From the NCBI GenBank assembly GCA_964347045.1, contig CAYFXC010000001.1, forward strand, positions 128,001 to 192,000: a stretch of 64,000 bases of DNA. Reading direction: 5' to 3'. The translations under genes and the position numbers were made by a program. Source of the stretch: an uncultured archaeon (lineage in GTDB: Archaea > Asgardarchaeota > Hermodarchaeia > Hermodarchaeales > Hermodarchaeaceae). Shown here one piece after another: positions 19,618 to 29,307 of the stretch. The notes beneath the pieces were generated by a model. The model did not search any database, had not been told where the DNA came from, and saw only the letters and a program-made list of their open reading frames with translations. Position 1 is the first letter of the stretch. Every line of letters starts with the position of its first letter.

Positions 19618-19668
19618 CTATCAGTTATTCATTTTTAAACTAAAGAACTCCACGACCCAGGATTATTA

Positions 19669-20181
19669 TTAGAATTTGTATTCAACTTCTATTTCGTGGA
19701 GAGAAATCTCTGGTGGGAGCCAGCTTCTAAGATGCTGTTCGAGCATTTCCGCGAGGAGTACTCCCGGTTCAGCCAATGATTGGTGCCGAATTTCCATCTT
19801 GATGTGGAGTGTGCCATACAGAAGGTGGAGGTGGAAACTTAAGTCCGCAAACAGTATACTGCTACTAGGGTCGCCCCATATTGGGTCAGCTTCCGGGAAT
19901 TCGCGGTTCGGTCGGTTACACCCAAACGTAGTGATTGCACTGCGACCCATGGCGTTTTCAGAGGCAGAAACTCTATACGGTTCATTTAGATCGTAGATGA
20001 TTGGCACAAGCTTCTGTTCGCTAGCCCACAAGCGCATGATGTCGGCGACTTCTTGATAGATTCGTTCGAAGTGTGGGGGGAGCTTATCGAACTGCTTGAC
20101 TTTCACCATGCCATTTCCACTCATCACATAGATGGTGGTTCTCTTTGAAAAATCTGACCATAACGAATTTAATAGACTCAA
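19669..20181 (-). CDS. Hypothetical protein
   Basis: 170-aa ORF, no recognised motif. Confidence 0.55.
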   Translation of the reverse strand: MSLLNSLWSDFSKRTTIYVMSGNGMVKVKQFDKLPPHFERIYQEVADIMRLWASEQKLVPIIYDLNEPYRVSASENAMGRSAITTFGCNRPNREFPEADPIWGDPSSSILFADLSFHLHLLYGTLHIKMEIRHQSLAEPGVLLAEMLEQHLRSWLPPEISLHEIEVEYKF

Positions 20182-20472
20182 ATCACGATATGTTGGTGCA
20201 GCTATCGTTGTAGTCGTAGTGCTGTCGTGGTTCTGCTTGTCAAACGTCGAGAATAGGATCTTACTAACGAGAACCGCCTTGACTCGGAGAATGAGTAACT
20301 GAATTAGTGCTTATTGAAGAGTATCTATGACATGCACCGAAGGTAACGCTACCTATTGGAGTTTGCTCAGTTTCTGCGGATACTTCTGTTGAATAGAAAA
20401 ATTCAAGAACCTACACAAACCTAACAAACCTAAGCAATTATTTATGAAAATTGCTGGGAGTGTATTCCTAAG

Positions 20473-20772
20473 ATGCCTTCGGGTATCAAACGACTCGTTC
20501 TCGATGTTCTCAAACCACACATGCCGAACCTTGTTGAAATAGCAACATTGGTCGGAAAAATAGATGGCGTCGTTGGTGTTAACGTCGCCCTTGTCGAAGT
20601 CGACTCTGCTACGGAGTCAATAAAAGTAACTGTTGAAGGCGATAACCTCGAATTTGAAGAGGTTAGATGTGCCCTCGAAGCCTGTGGCGCTTCCGTTCAC
20701 TCAATTGATCAAGTAGTTGCCGGACGTACAGTTGTGGAAGAGGTAAAAACCCATATGGAAAACCGCGGTTAG
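20473..20772 (+). CDS. DUF211 family protein
   Basis: IKRLVLDVLKPH, SVHSIDQVVAG. Confidence 0.92.
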   Translation: MPSGIKRLVLDVLKPHMPNLVEIATLVGKIDGVVGVNVALVEVDSATESIKVTVEGDNLEFEEVRCALEACGASVHSIDQVVAGRTVVEEVKTHMENRG

Positions 20773-21479
20773 ATTCCTAACACCCACTTAGAATTCTCAA
20801 TCAATGCTTCTACATGAGGTGCTAAAAGCTCGTAAAGCGAATTATAAAACACTCTTGGAAGAATCTGTAGAACATTAAAAATCCGATTCAATAGACCACT
20901 CATAACCGGTTCTAAAAGTTCAGGACGGCTACTAATTTGCGAGGTTAAAACTGCGTCAATAGCAGCTTCTTCGGCTAATCCATCAATTAGGCGATAGATT
21001 GGTCCTGATCTTTCAAGAAAATATGGAAGACCCCGTTCGTCATAAAGGACAATAATATTTAGTTTTTCGACAACACGTTTTGCATACCAGTCTATGCTCG
21101 AATCCTTAGCTGAAAACGATTCATGAAAAAGAGGTTCGGCTGGTCGTCGTTTTGTGATCTTTGATGATTCGGCTGAAAAGTAACTCCGAGGAACAAGATT
21201 GGGGTATGTGTTGGGATGTCGGAATGCTATGTAAGTGACTGCAGCAAAGAGTGCTTCCGGTTCGCGACCAATTTCTTGAGTTCCAAGATGGCTCGCTAGA
21301 ATGCGAAGCGATGGAAGAATTAAATCCTGACGAACCTTCTTTGAAGTAAACAAACGGTATGCTTGTTTTAGGTATACTGATGGTGTCTTCAGATCAGTTC
21401 GTACGGTTCCTTCTACTCTGATCTTTGACGCCAAATCCATTTGTCTCCGCAGGAAATTACTACCCCATGTATGAGACAT
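20769..21479 (-). CDS. Hypothetical protein with cyclin-box/TFIIB-repeat-like segment
   Basis: GREPEALFAAVTYIAFRHP resembles the TFB GRxxxxxAAAxxYxAxR helix. Confidence 0.6.
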   Translation of the reverse strand: MSHTWGSNFLRRQMDLASKIRVEGTVRTDLKTPSVYLKQAYRLFTSKKVRQDLILPSLRILASHLGTQEIGREPEALFAAVTYIAFRHPNTYPNLVPRSYFSAESSKITKRRPAEPLFHESFSAKDSSIDWYAKRVVEKLNIIVLYDERGLPYFLERSGPIYRLIDGLAEEAAIDAVLTSQISSRPELLEPVMSGLLNRIFNVLQILPRVFYNSLYELLAPHVEALIENSKWVLGI

Positions 21480-21535
21480 AGGTCCTAAATATATTTTAGG
21501 CGAGGCTCATGTTCAAGCTTGATGTTCACCTTTCT

Positions 21536-21913
21536 CTACGTAATGTGGCCTGCTTCTTCAAGGTATTGCTTTTCTTCTGGTGTAAGGTGTGTTTGTACAA
21601 ATTCTATACCTTTTTCCGTCATTGAAACTTGTGCCATCGTATTAGTCTTTGAAAATATGGTTACAAATCCTCTTTCTTTTAATCTTTGAAGCACAGCAAA
21701 GACAATTTGGTTCAATTCCTTATCAGTGACATTTGGTTTTCCGTTAGGGCGTTGAAATTCCGGAATGTGTTTTAGAACATGACGTAGAGATGCCAGCGTA
21801 CGTCGCCTTGTTTCATGGGGGTTGGAATAGAGCCAGAGAATGAGTACATAATCTATTACTTCGCCTGAATGCTGGCGATGCAATTGACGGGCAAGATAGT
21901 AAACGGCGGGCAA
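21536..21913 (-). CDS. Hypothetical winged-helix protein
   Basis: VLQRLKERGFV...VSMTEKG wHTH wing signature. Confidence 0.65.
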   Translation of the reverse strand: MPAVYYLARQLHRQHSGEVIDYVLILWLYSNPHETRRRTLASLRHVLKHIPEFQRPNGKPNVTDKELNQIVFAVLQRLKERGFVTIFSKTNTMAQVSMTEKGIEFVQTHLTPEEKQYLEEAGHIT

Positions 21914-21967
21914 TATCTTCGCTTTATGTTAGTTGAATAATTGTTTAAAAGTTACCAAACGTCCTGT

Positions 21968-22708
21968 TTAATCCCCTGTCCATTGGTAGGTTCCTTTTGA
22001 AGTCTTGATGATATAGCCTTGGCTTCTTAGCAGATTCAATGCTTCTTCTATTCCCGCACTGGGTCCCACTATGTCTTCAAGTCGTTTGATCAGTTCTTTG
22101 TGGCTAAGGGAAATTTGTGCATCACGTAGAATAGTTCCAATTATGCGTGCTAGTTTTGTAGGGCTGGCTTTTCTAAGTTGTTTATCGATTGATGTATTTT
22201 CATCCATTACTAACCTGACTTGCCAAGGTTTAGGTAAAATGAGATGACCAGTTCGAATGAGGGTTTCAATTTGCTGTGTAGCCCAATCCCAAGGGATTCC
22301 AGCTTTAAGGCACTCTTGTTCTAAAACCTGTAAATCAAGAGGGCTTGTTTGGGCATGTTCATGTAGAATCCGCTCTAATTCTTGGTGTCGGGTCGAAGCT
22401 GTTTTTATTCTTTGCTTCGAATCCTGCAGGTGTTCTAAATTTATTTTTTTATCTGGAATTAGATTGTGGATTTTATCTCGTGATTTCTCCATTGCTTCTA
22501 TGAATTCCTTATGATGTTTTCCTGTTTGATAGAGTTTTACTCGGGTTCTCGCGGTATTTGCATCCTCTACAAACACTGCACTTAATGGGTTAATTTTGAA
22601 AATTCGTTGGCAATATACACATAATCGCGTCTTTTGGCGAGTGGGAGCATATGTGTAACGTCCACATCTTGGGCATCGAATTATGTAAAATCCTTCCCGT
22701 GACATCAA
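21968..22708 (-). CDS. Zn-ribbon (DUF1922-like) protein with C-terminal wHTH modules
   Basis: RCPRCGRYTYA...KTRLCVYCQR; LIRTGHLI and LRSQGYIIKTSKGTY wHTH-like ends. Confidence 0.72.
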   Translation of the reverse strand: MMSREGFYIIRCPRCGRYTYAPTRQKTRLCVYCQRIFKINPLSAVFVEDANTARTRVKLYQTGKHHKEFIEAMEKSRDKIHNLIPDKKINLEHLQDSKQRIKTASTRHQELERILHEHAQTSPLDLQVLEQECLKAGIPWDWATQQIETLIRTGHLILPKPWQVRLVMDENTSIDKQLRKASPTKLARIIGTILRDAQISLSHKELIKRLEDIVGPSAGIEEALNLLRSQGYIIKTSKGTYQWTGD

Positions 22709-22772
22709 GACAACCAGCGCCGTAAGCCTAATTAGCCTTTCGTGTTAAATGTCCTCAATTGGGAACACTCAT

Positions 22773-23087
22773 ATGAGTTTTGGATTAGATCAGTATTTTA
22801 AAAAGAAAAAGCCTACCAAGAAAAATGAGACTGAACCTAAAGAAGAAGAGGTCATAGAAATATTAGAAACTGGTTCGTCAGAAACTCGAAATTGGCCTTT
22901 AATTTTAGAAGAGACTGTTAAATCCATGGTACTCTATCCCCATCTACTTGATTATACACGAACCAATATATTTCCCAAACGTCCCCAAATAACTGCTGAA
23001 GAGCTTGCAATTCAACTTCGAGTTCCTTTGGGGGTTGCAATTGTTCTTCTTGACAAGCTTCATAGTGAGATTCAGGAAACGAAATAA
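22773..23087 (+). CDS. Hypothetical protein with C-terminal HTH-like segment
   Basis: MSFGLDQYF N-terminus; ITAEELAIQLRVPLGVAIVLL. Confidence 0.65.
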   Translation: MSFGLDQYFKKKKPTKKNETEPKEEEVIEILETGSSETRNWPLILEETVKSMVLYPHLLDYTRTNIFPKRPQITAEELAIQLRVPLGVAIVLLDKLHSEIQETK

Positions 23088-23094
23088 CGCAGTC

Positions 23095-23859
23095 TCATGT
23101 TAGTGGTTCAGCCGATTGATAGAGATAGAGAAAATATATTTTGGCTAATTCTCCTAATTCAGTGTGGCTTGTCCAGATAGCTAGCGATTCAGCTGGTTGT
23201 GCTGTTAGCATGATAATTGCTTGCTTTTCATCAATAATAGCGCCGCCACCGTAGATTTCTTTTCGTTTCCGTCCCTCGCCAACTGCAAAGATTAGTCGTT
23301 TAACTTTGTCTGTTAATGTCTGTTCAGATACAAGGATTTGGATTTTAACTCCGCGGTCACGAAGGTGTAACAGTGTCGGGCTAATGAACTCGATGTCTTC
23401 TTCGTTAATAATCCCCCAAGAAAGAAGAACGCTTCGTTCTGCTTGTCCAAGTGCAACATTCAACTTTGCTCGGACATTATTTGATCCATGGAGAATGTGG
23501 ACTTCTGGAGCAGAGATTTTCGTTTTTTCATCAAACAAAGGTTGTAGATTCTCAATGACCCTTTGTTCCCATTCCGCTAGACGATCTTGAGCTGAGAGAA
23601 CCGCTGCCTTGGATGTTTCGCGAGGGCTTTTTGGAACATATCGTTTAGGGCGTCCCTGCTCAATGGTTATCCATCCTCCTTTATCAAGAGCTGCTAATAC
23701 ATCGTAAACACGGCTAAACGGAATCCGAGAATGTGAACTCACTTCACTTGCAGTTAGAGCTCCATTTCTAACCAAAGAGATATACACCCGAGCTTCGTAA
23801 CTACTCAACCCTAAGTTTCGGAGTGCTCGCATTGTTCCTTCATCTATGCGCTCACCCAT
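23095..23859 (-). CDS. TrmB family transcriptional regulator
   Basis: LGLSSYEARVYISL, SRVYDVLAAL, GRPKRY; C-terminal PLD-like effector domain. Confidence 0.92.
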   Translation of the reverse strand: MGERIDEGTMRALRNLGLSSYEARVYISLVRNGALTASEVSSHSRIPFSRVYDVLAALDKGGWITIEQGRPKRYVPKSPRETSKAAVLSAQDRLAEWEQRVIENLQPLFDEKTKISAPEVHILHGSNNVRAKLNVALGQAERSVLLSWGIINEEDIEFISPTLLHLRDRGVKIQILVSEQTLTDKVKRLIFAVGEGRKRKEIYGGGAIIDEKQAIIMLTAQPAESLAIWTSHTELGELAKIYFLYLYQSAEPLT

Positions 23860-23925
23860 TTCAATCACACTCCGACAGCACATAACCTGCGAAAAAACCT
23901 TTTTGGTCACCGAGTGAAATGTACT

Positions 23926-24861
23926 ATGGGTGACACAATGGGATTTATACGGCAGCCTGTTGCGATCGGCTTTTATCCACCGGAGAAAGTGGCTCTTGAA
24001 GAATCAATTAAAACCGCTTTTGCTGACCCACATGGAGCGGGACAGATTCCTTCTATTAATCCGAAGCGCATAAAGAATTTAATTGCGGGTGTAGCTCCTC
24101 ATGCGGGCTTCATCTACTCAGGACCCATCGCTTCGCATTTATACAAAGCCAGTGCGGAGGATGGATTTCCTGAGACATTCCTACTAATTGGTGCAAAACA
24201 TAGGCTGTTGCAGTTCCCAGGTGCGGCTTTAATGGTTGAGGGGGCTTGGGAAACGCCTCTCGGAAAATGCAATATTGACTCCCCTTTTGCCAAACTTTTA
24301 TTAAAGCAAAGTCAAGATTCTGGGACAAATTGCATAATCGAAAGTACTGAAGCCCACATGGGCGAGCATTCAATTGAAGTTCAATTGCCTTTTCTCCAGT
24401 TTTTAGGGAAAAATCACGATTTTCGAATTGTTCCCTTAGTAATTTCTTCTTCAAAATATTCCGTTTGCGAGAAAGTGGGAAATACAATTGCTGATGCGGT
24501 TCAAAAAAGTAAACGAGATGTGTTTATTATTGCTAGTACGGACTTCACTCATTATGGTAAATACTTTTACGATTATGCTCCTGTTGGAAGTGGTCCTGTC
24601 GAAAAAATAATCAAATGGATTCATGAAACAGATGGTGACCTAATAAGCAAAATTGAGCAATTAAACGGTAAAGCTCTCTTGGACACCGTGGTGAAAGAAA
24701 ATCGAACTATGTGTGGGGCAAGTGCCGTAGCCACAACAATTGCAGCAGCAACACATCTTGGTGCAACAAATGGGACATGCCTAAAGTACGCAACAAGTTA
24801 TGATATTCGCGGGAGTTCAGAAGCAATAGTTGGCTATGCTTCAATTACCTTAAATCGTTAA
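23926..24861 (+). CDS. MEMO1 family protein (AmmeMemoRadiSam protein B)
   Basis: RQPVAIGFYP, PHAGFIYSG, EHSIEVQLPFLQ, ASTDFTHYG, TMCG, VGYAS. Confidence 0.93.
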   Translation: MGDTMGFIRQPVAIGFYPPEKVALEESIKTAFADPHGAGQIPSINPKRIKNLIAGVAPHAGFIYSGPIASHLYKASAEDGFPETFLLIGAKHRLLQFPGAALMVEGAWETPLGKCNIDSPFAKLLLKQSQDSGTNCIIESTEAHMGEHSIEVQLPFLQFLGKNHDFRIVPLVISSSKYSVCEKVGNTIADAVQKSKRDVFIIASTDFTHYGKYFYDYAPVGSGPVEKIIKWIHETDGDLISKIEQLNGKALLDTVVKENRTMCGASAVATTIAAATHLGATNGTCLKYATSYDIRGSSEAIVGYASITLNR

Positions 24862-25460
24862 GTAGTAATTGTCTTCTTTGGCGCATTTTTACCCATTTCT
24901 AGAGCTGAAATGTTCATTTCGTGATACCGATTAGGTAGAATATCCCTAATTGTAGTAATTACCGTTTCTTCTTTGATAGGAAGTAACTTCAAACCAATAG
25001 CCGCACCAATAAGCACTATATTCATTGTCAGAATTCCACCTGCTTCTTGGGCAAATTTGGCTGCATCAAAGGTTATGACCTTGGCGAACTTCGCTAAATT
25101 CTGTAAAATTGTTTCATCGCTAGGATATTCTGCACGACCAAGAAGTACTGCTGTTGGAGTAATTCGATACTGTCCAACAATAATGGTTCCTGAAGGCATT
25201 ACTCGATTTACGTTACGAAGGGCTTCAATGGGTTCGATGCTTAAGAGTAAATCCGCTTTACCCGTAGGAATAATTGGGCCATGAACGTTTTCTCCAATTC
25301 TGATGCTGCATTTCACAGCCCCGAGGCGTTGAGACATACCGTGAATTTCCCCCAATCTGACATTCAGCCCTTCATTAAGTGCTGCGGATGCTAAAATTCG
25401 TGCTGCAGTAATAACGCCTGTTCCGCCCACTCCTGTAAACATAATATTAAACTCTTTCAT
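24858..25460 (-). CDS. iorB: Indolepyruvate ferredoxin oxidoreductase beta subunit
   Basis: GVGGTGVI, EIHGMSQRLGAV, EPIEALR; downstream of iorA. Confidence 0.93.
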   Translation of the reverse strand: MKEFNIMFTGVGGTGVITAARILASAALNEGLNVRLGEIHGMSQRLGAVKCSIRIGENVHGPIIPTGKADLLLSIEPIEALRNVNRVMPSGTIIVGQYRITPTAVLLGRAEYPSDETILQNLAKFAKVITFDAAKFAQEAGGILTMNIVLIGAAIGLKLLPIKEETVITTIRDILPNRYHEMNISALEMGKNAPKKTITT

Positions 25461-27339
25461 TAGCCTCTACCTCACGGATCGCCTTGTAGGGACAAATCTC
25501 GGCACAGACTCCACATCCTGAACAAAGCTCTGCATCAATAGCAGAGTGTTCACCAGTCCAGATAGCCGCAGCACAACCTAGTTTATCTATGCATACTCGG
25601 CAGCCTTGACAAGTTTCAGGATCAACCTCGTAGGGGATAATTGGTTCATTATCACGACGCTTCCTTGCTCTTTCTAGGAGTTGACAAGGGCTTCGTGAGA
25701 TAATCACCGCTGGTCCATCAAAGGCAACCGCTTCTCGAATTACACGAATCGATTCTTTGACTTTTAAGGGATCAATAACTTTAACAAATTCAATTCCAAC
25801 GCCTCGTGCCACTTCTTCAATTTTGATTTGTGCGGCTTGAACGCCCATTCCGGTTAGTCCTGTTCCTGGGTGAGGCTGGTGTCCTGTCATTGCAGTTGTA
25901 TGGTTATCCAATACAATGATTTTCACAGGATGCTGGTTATATACTGCATTAACTAGTCCAGGAATCCCCGAATGGAAAAACGTTGAATCACCAATCGCTC
26001 CAACAATTGGTTTGTCTAAAACAGCAGTTAGTCCACACGCAGTTCCGATACTTGACCCCATGCAAAGCAATAGATCAGCCATTTCTAGGGGAGGTTGTAT
26101 TGCCAATGTATAGCACCCAATATCTGTGGGGTATATCCCCTTTCGTGCTGTGGCGACTGCGACTTCATAAAAGGTTGCGCGGTGCGAGCAACCTGCGCAA
26201 AGTATGGGAGGTCGGGGAGGAACCTCCAAATGAACTTCAGAAAATTTGTTATCAATTTGCTCGAAACTTGGTGGAATCTCTTTTTCTAATGCTTTTGCAA
26301 TACCCTCGATTACTTTTCTTGGTGAAAATTCACCTATTTCAGAGAAGTACTCCTGGCTCTTTCCTAAAATAGGTGTCATAATTCCCTTTTCTTGTGCAAA
26401 AGCACGAGCGTGATTCTCAAGATAAGGCTTTAATTCTTCAATGACGATGACTTTTTCCTTCGATTTTATGAATTTCTGTATCTTTTTCTTTGGAAGTGGG
26501 TAAGTCATTCCAACTTTGAAAACGGCTGCTTTCAATTGTAATGCTTCAAGAGCTTCCATCACATAATTGAAACTCACACCCGAAGTGAGAATACCGAGTT
26601 TACCTTTTCCAAAGATTTTGTTCCACTCGCTATTCTCTGAAATTTCAGTAGCCTGTTTTACCTTTTCAACTAAAATTGGGTGACGTTTTCTAGCTACAGA
26701 AGGAACGGGCACAAATCGAAATGGGTCGCGTTCAAAGTTCGGGTTCTTTCGTGGCTGGCGAATAGGACCTAACTCAACTCCTGATCGTGTATGGCTTACA
26801 CGTGTTGTAATTCGTAGTAATACTGGTTGTTCTAATTTTTCTGATAATTCAAAAGCTGCAACTGTCATGTCTTTTGCCTCTTGGGGATCTGCAGGCTCAA
26901 GCATTGTTGTATCGCCTAACATAGCGTACAACCGATTATCTTGTTCATTTTGAGAACTCCAACAACCTGGGTCGTCTGCAGAGACAATTACAAGTCCTGC
27001 TCGAACGCCAATGTAATTTAGTGTCATAAAGGCATCCGAAGCAACATTCAGACCTACATGTTTCATAATCACGAGAGCTCGAGCATTAGCCACTGCTGCT
27101 GCACCTGCCACCTCCATTGCGACTTTTTCATTCGTGCAGTATTCAAAGTAATAATCACCTTTTTTGACTGCTTGAAATAATCTGTCAGCAATCTCTGATG
27201 AAGGGGTACCAGGATATGTTGCAGCAAGTTCTAATCCGGCTTCAATCGCACCGCGTGCAATTGCCTCGTTCCCAAGAAGCAGAATACGTCTACCAGCCGC
27301 ACCCTTTGTAAGAATCTCAGCCATGTCCATTGAATTCAC
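25447..27339 (-). CDS. iorA: Indolepyruvate ferredoxin oxidoreductase alpha subunit
   Basis: GNEAIARG, YPGTPSSEI, MKHVGLNVA, SSQNEQDNR, DIGCY, GDSTFFHSG, C-terminal 2x[4Fe-4S]. Confidence 0.96.
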   Translation of the reverse strand: MNSMDMAEILTKGAAGRRILLLGNEAIARGAIEAGLELAATYPGTPSSEIADRLFQAVKKGDYYFEYCTNEKVAMEVAGAAAVANARALVIMKHVGLNVASDAFMTLNYIGVRAGLVIVSADDPGCWSSQNEQDNRLYAMLGDTTMLEPADPQEAKDMTVAAFELSEKLEQPVLLRITTRVSHTRSGVELGPIRQPRKNPNFERDPFRFVPVPSVARKRHPILVEKVKQATEISENSEWNKIFGKGKLGILTSGVSFNYVMEALEALQLKAAVFKVGMTYPLPKKKIQKFIKSKEKVIVIEELKPYLENHARAFAQEKGIMTPILGKSQEYFSEIGEFSPRKVIEGIAKALEKEIPPSFEQIDNKFSEVHLEVPPRPPILCAGCSHRATFYEVAVATARKGIYPTDIGCYTLAIQPPLEMADLLLCMGSSIGTACGLTAVLDKPIVGAIGDSTFFHSGIPGLVNAVYNQHPVKIIVLDNHTTAMTGHQPHPGTGLTGMGVQAAQIKIEEVARGVGIEFVKVIDPLKVKESIRVIREAVAFDGPAVIISRSPCQLLERARKRRDNEPIIPYEVDPETCQGCRVCIDKLGCAAAIWTGEHSAIDAELCSGCGVCAEICPYKAIREVEANERV

Positions 27340-27418
27340 CGTTTTGCCAAATCGTTTAAACGGGGTTGCAATACACTATTTTACAGTTTGTGATTTATAG
27401 TAAAGTGGGTGGCGTCCA

Positions 27419-27811
27419 GTGGACCAATGGCGAGTAACTCTTCAAGCAAAAGAACATGTTCTACATGATGTACTCAATAAAACAGGAGCTTTAATGATCC
27501 GTCCAAGATATATCAATGAGTTACGAGCAATATCACAAATTCATAGGGTGCCATTTCAGGTAAAGTCGCCCGAAGGAATAAACAAACTTCCTTCGAGCTA
27601 TTTTGTTGTTGAACTAATAAGCCCTGATAATCAGATGCCACCAGTTACTGGTCTTTTTGAATATTCGTATGGAGCGATTCGGCTTGTAGCATTAGATAAT
27701 GAAGGGCTTACAAAGAGAAGTGGTGATGAGATGGTTGCCTTTTTCGAAGCGCCTCTTCAACAAAAAACTGGAATTACCATTCGGATATATGAAGCTAAAA
27801 ATAACTTCTAA
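27419..27811 (+). CDS. Hypothetical protein
   Basis: 130-aa ORF filling the gap between iorA and cca. Confidence 0.6.
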   Translation: MDQWRVTLQAKEHVLHDVLNKTGALMIRPRYINELRAISQIHRVPFQVKSPEGINKLPSSYFVVELISPDNQMPPVTGLFEYSYGAIRLVALDNEGLTKRSGDEMVAFFEAPLQQKTGITIRIYEAKNNF

Positions 27812-29238
27812 TCTCGCATTGTTTTAGCAAATGGTTGAATAGCTCTAAGAAGTATCCATAGAGCTTGTTTACCAATCTTTGTAGCCCCCTCTCTAGTCAC
27901 ATCAATAATCTGTAATTTCGGAGAGATTTGATTTTTTGAAAAATAGAAACGAAGCGCTTGCTCTGCATTCGAGAACGGTCTTAAGATTTCAACATAATAA
28001 CGCCCATTTTTTAAAAACGCATCAGGATGTTTTTCAAAAAATTCGTTTACACCTTTGACGTGATCCTGAGAGGGTCCCACTCTGATGTAAGATTGGCTAA
28101 GCTCTACATTCGCAATATGAAGAGCCACGGCAAAAACATCTTCTTGAAAAAGTTCCTCAAAAGTCACCGATCCAAATCGAGGCTCACCAGTAGGTTCCTG
28201 TTTCATGAACCTTGAAAGCTTTGAAAAATAACGGTATAGTTTATCACGGGTTTTTGTATAGTGCCAACCCGTTTGGTCTTGAAACTCGACTACAAAATAA
28301 TTGGGTTCCAATTGGTTCAATTCAGCTATTGATAACTGGGGGACTGGTTTTCTCTCAAAATATCTTTTAGAGGGATTTTGAAGGAATTGACGTGCATTAT
28401 AGGTTGTGAAAAGATAAGCTCGTTTAGAGATACTCGACGCGATATTACGACTAGGATCTGTTGGATCTGAGATAATTAAGAAATCGCGAGAAAATTTTTG
28501 CCTTAATAAATCAGAGGCACGATTAAAGAAATCCAGCGGTTCCGGTTTATCTTGGGACAAAAATTCCAATGTTGACTCAAGCGTTTGCTTGTGGAAGATT
28601 AACATTTCAGTACTGAAACCAGTGAAACCACTACGTCCTATTGGACTCGAATCTCCGTAAACAAACGTTGATTGCAAGAAGGCTTTTAGAAGTCGAACAT
28701 CATCGCGTTGGGCATCAGTAAGGTTTTCTGTTACAAAGTTAGAGTGATGTGGCGTTCGGTCGACTGCGGTGATGGGGCCATTTTCAAAGATATATTCTTT
28801 GGTTAAATCGAAGCAAAAAACAACATCAACCTTATAATCATCTATTTTAGCAATAACATATGGATGCTCGGCATACGCTACTTGAAAATTCTCAGATCCT
28901 GCGCGTTTTACCGCGCCAACAGCTACATCCTTTACCATTTTTCTTAGGAACCGCTGAATGAATGGCTTTCTAGCTTTTTCATCCTTCATTGATTCTGGTA
29001 ATATGGAAACAGGTAACCCAATGAAAACATCTAACTCTTTCCAATTTCGAAGCTGTGTTTGTTTTCGTCCAGAAGAGCCTTCTAATTCGATAAAGGCGGC
29101 ATCAATTTTTTTCTCTTCTAATTCTATTTGAATAGCGTTGTACACTTTTTTGAAAACAGCTGCTGCTTCTTTCACATCGGACTGGGTTGGACGGATATTT
29201 TTTAGACTTTGAGCGCGAATTTTGTTAAGTATAGACAT
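27808..29238 (-). CDS. cca: Archaeal class I CCA-adding enzyme
   Basis: EGSSGRKQTQL..ELDVF, YAEHPYV, VDVV, AVDRTPHH, VRLLKAFL, GFTGF, DPTDPSRN. Confidence 0.9.
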   Translation of the reverse strand: MSILNKIRAQSLKNIRPTQSDVKEAAAVFKKVYNAIQIELEEKKIDAAFIELEGSSGRKQTQLRNWKELDVFIGLPVSILPESMKDEKARKPFIQRFLRKMVKDVAVGAVKRAGSENFQVAYAEHPYVIAKIDDYKVDVVFCFDLTKEYIFENGPITAVDRTPHHSNFVTENLTDAQRDDVRLLKAFLQSTFVYGDSSPIGRSGFTGFSTEMLIFHKQTLESTLEFLSQDKPEPLDFFNRASDLLRQKFSRDFLIISDPTDPSRNIASSISKRAYLFTTYNARQFLQNPSKRYFERKPVPQLSIAELNQLEPNYFVVEFQDQTGWHYTKTRDKLYRYFSKLSRFMKQEPTGEPRFGSVTFEELFQEDVFAVALHIANVELSQSYIRVGPSQDHVKGVNEFFEKHPDAFLKNGRYYVEILRPFSNAEQALRFYFSKNQISPKLQIIDVTREGATKIGKQALWILLRAIQPFAKTMRD

Positions 29239-29307
29239 CTAATGAATTCATGGCGACTAGGCTTTTAAGTCATGAAGCATATGCCCTAAACGGAGGACCC
29301 TATCCAT

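Noticed and set aside
19618-19623. TGA TAG after ATG as selenocysteine/pyrrolysine read-through
   Set aside because: Two different consecutive stops, no catalytic context and no recoding element seen; decay is simpler
29020-29090. Inactive CCA enzyme because of ELD instead of DxD
   Set aside because: Glu at the first carboxylate occurs in active archaeal class I enzymes such as the Archaeoglobus enzyme; other motifs are intact
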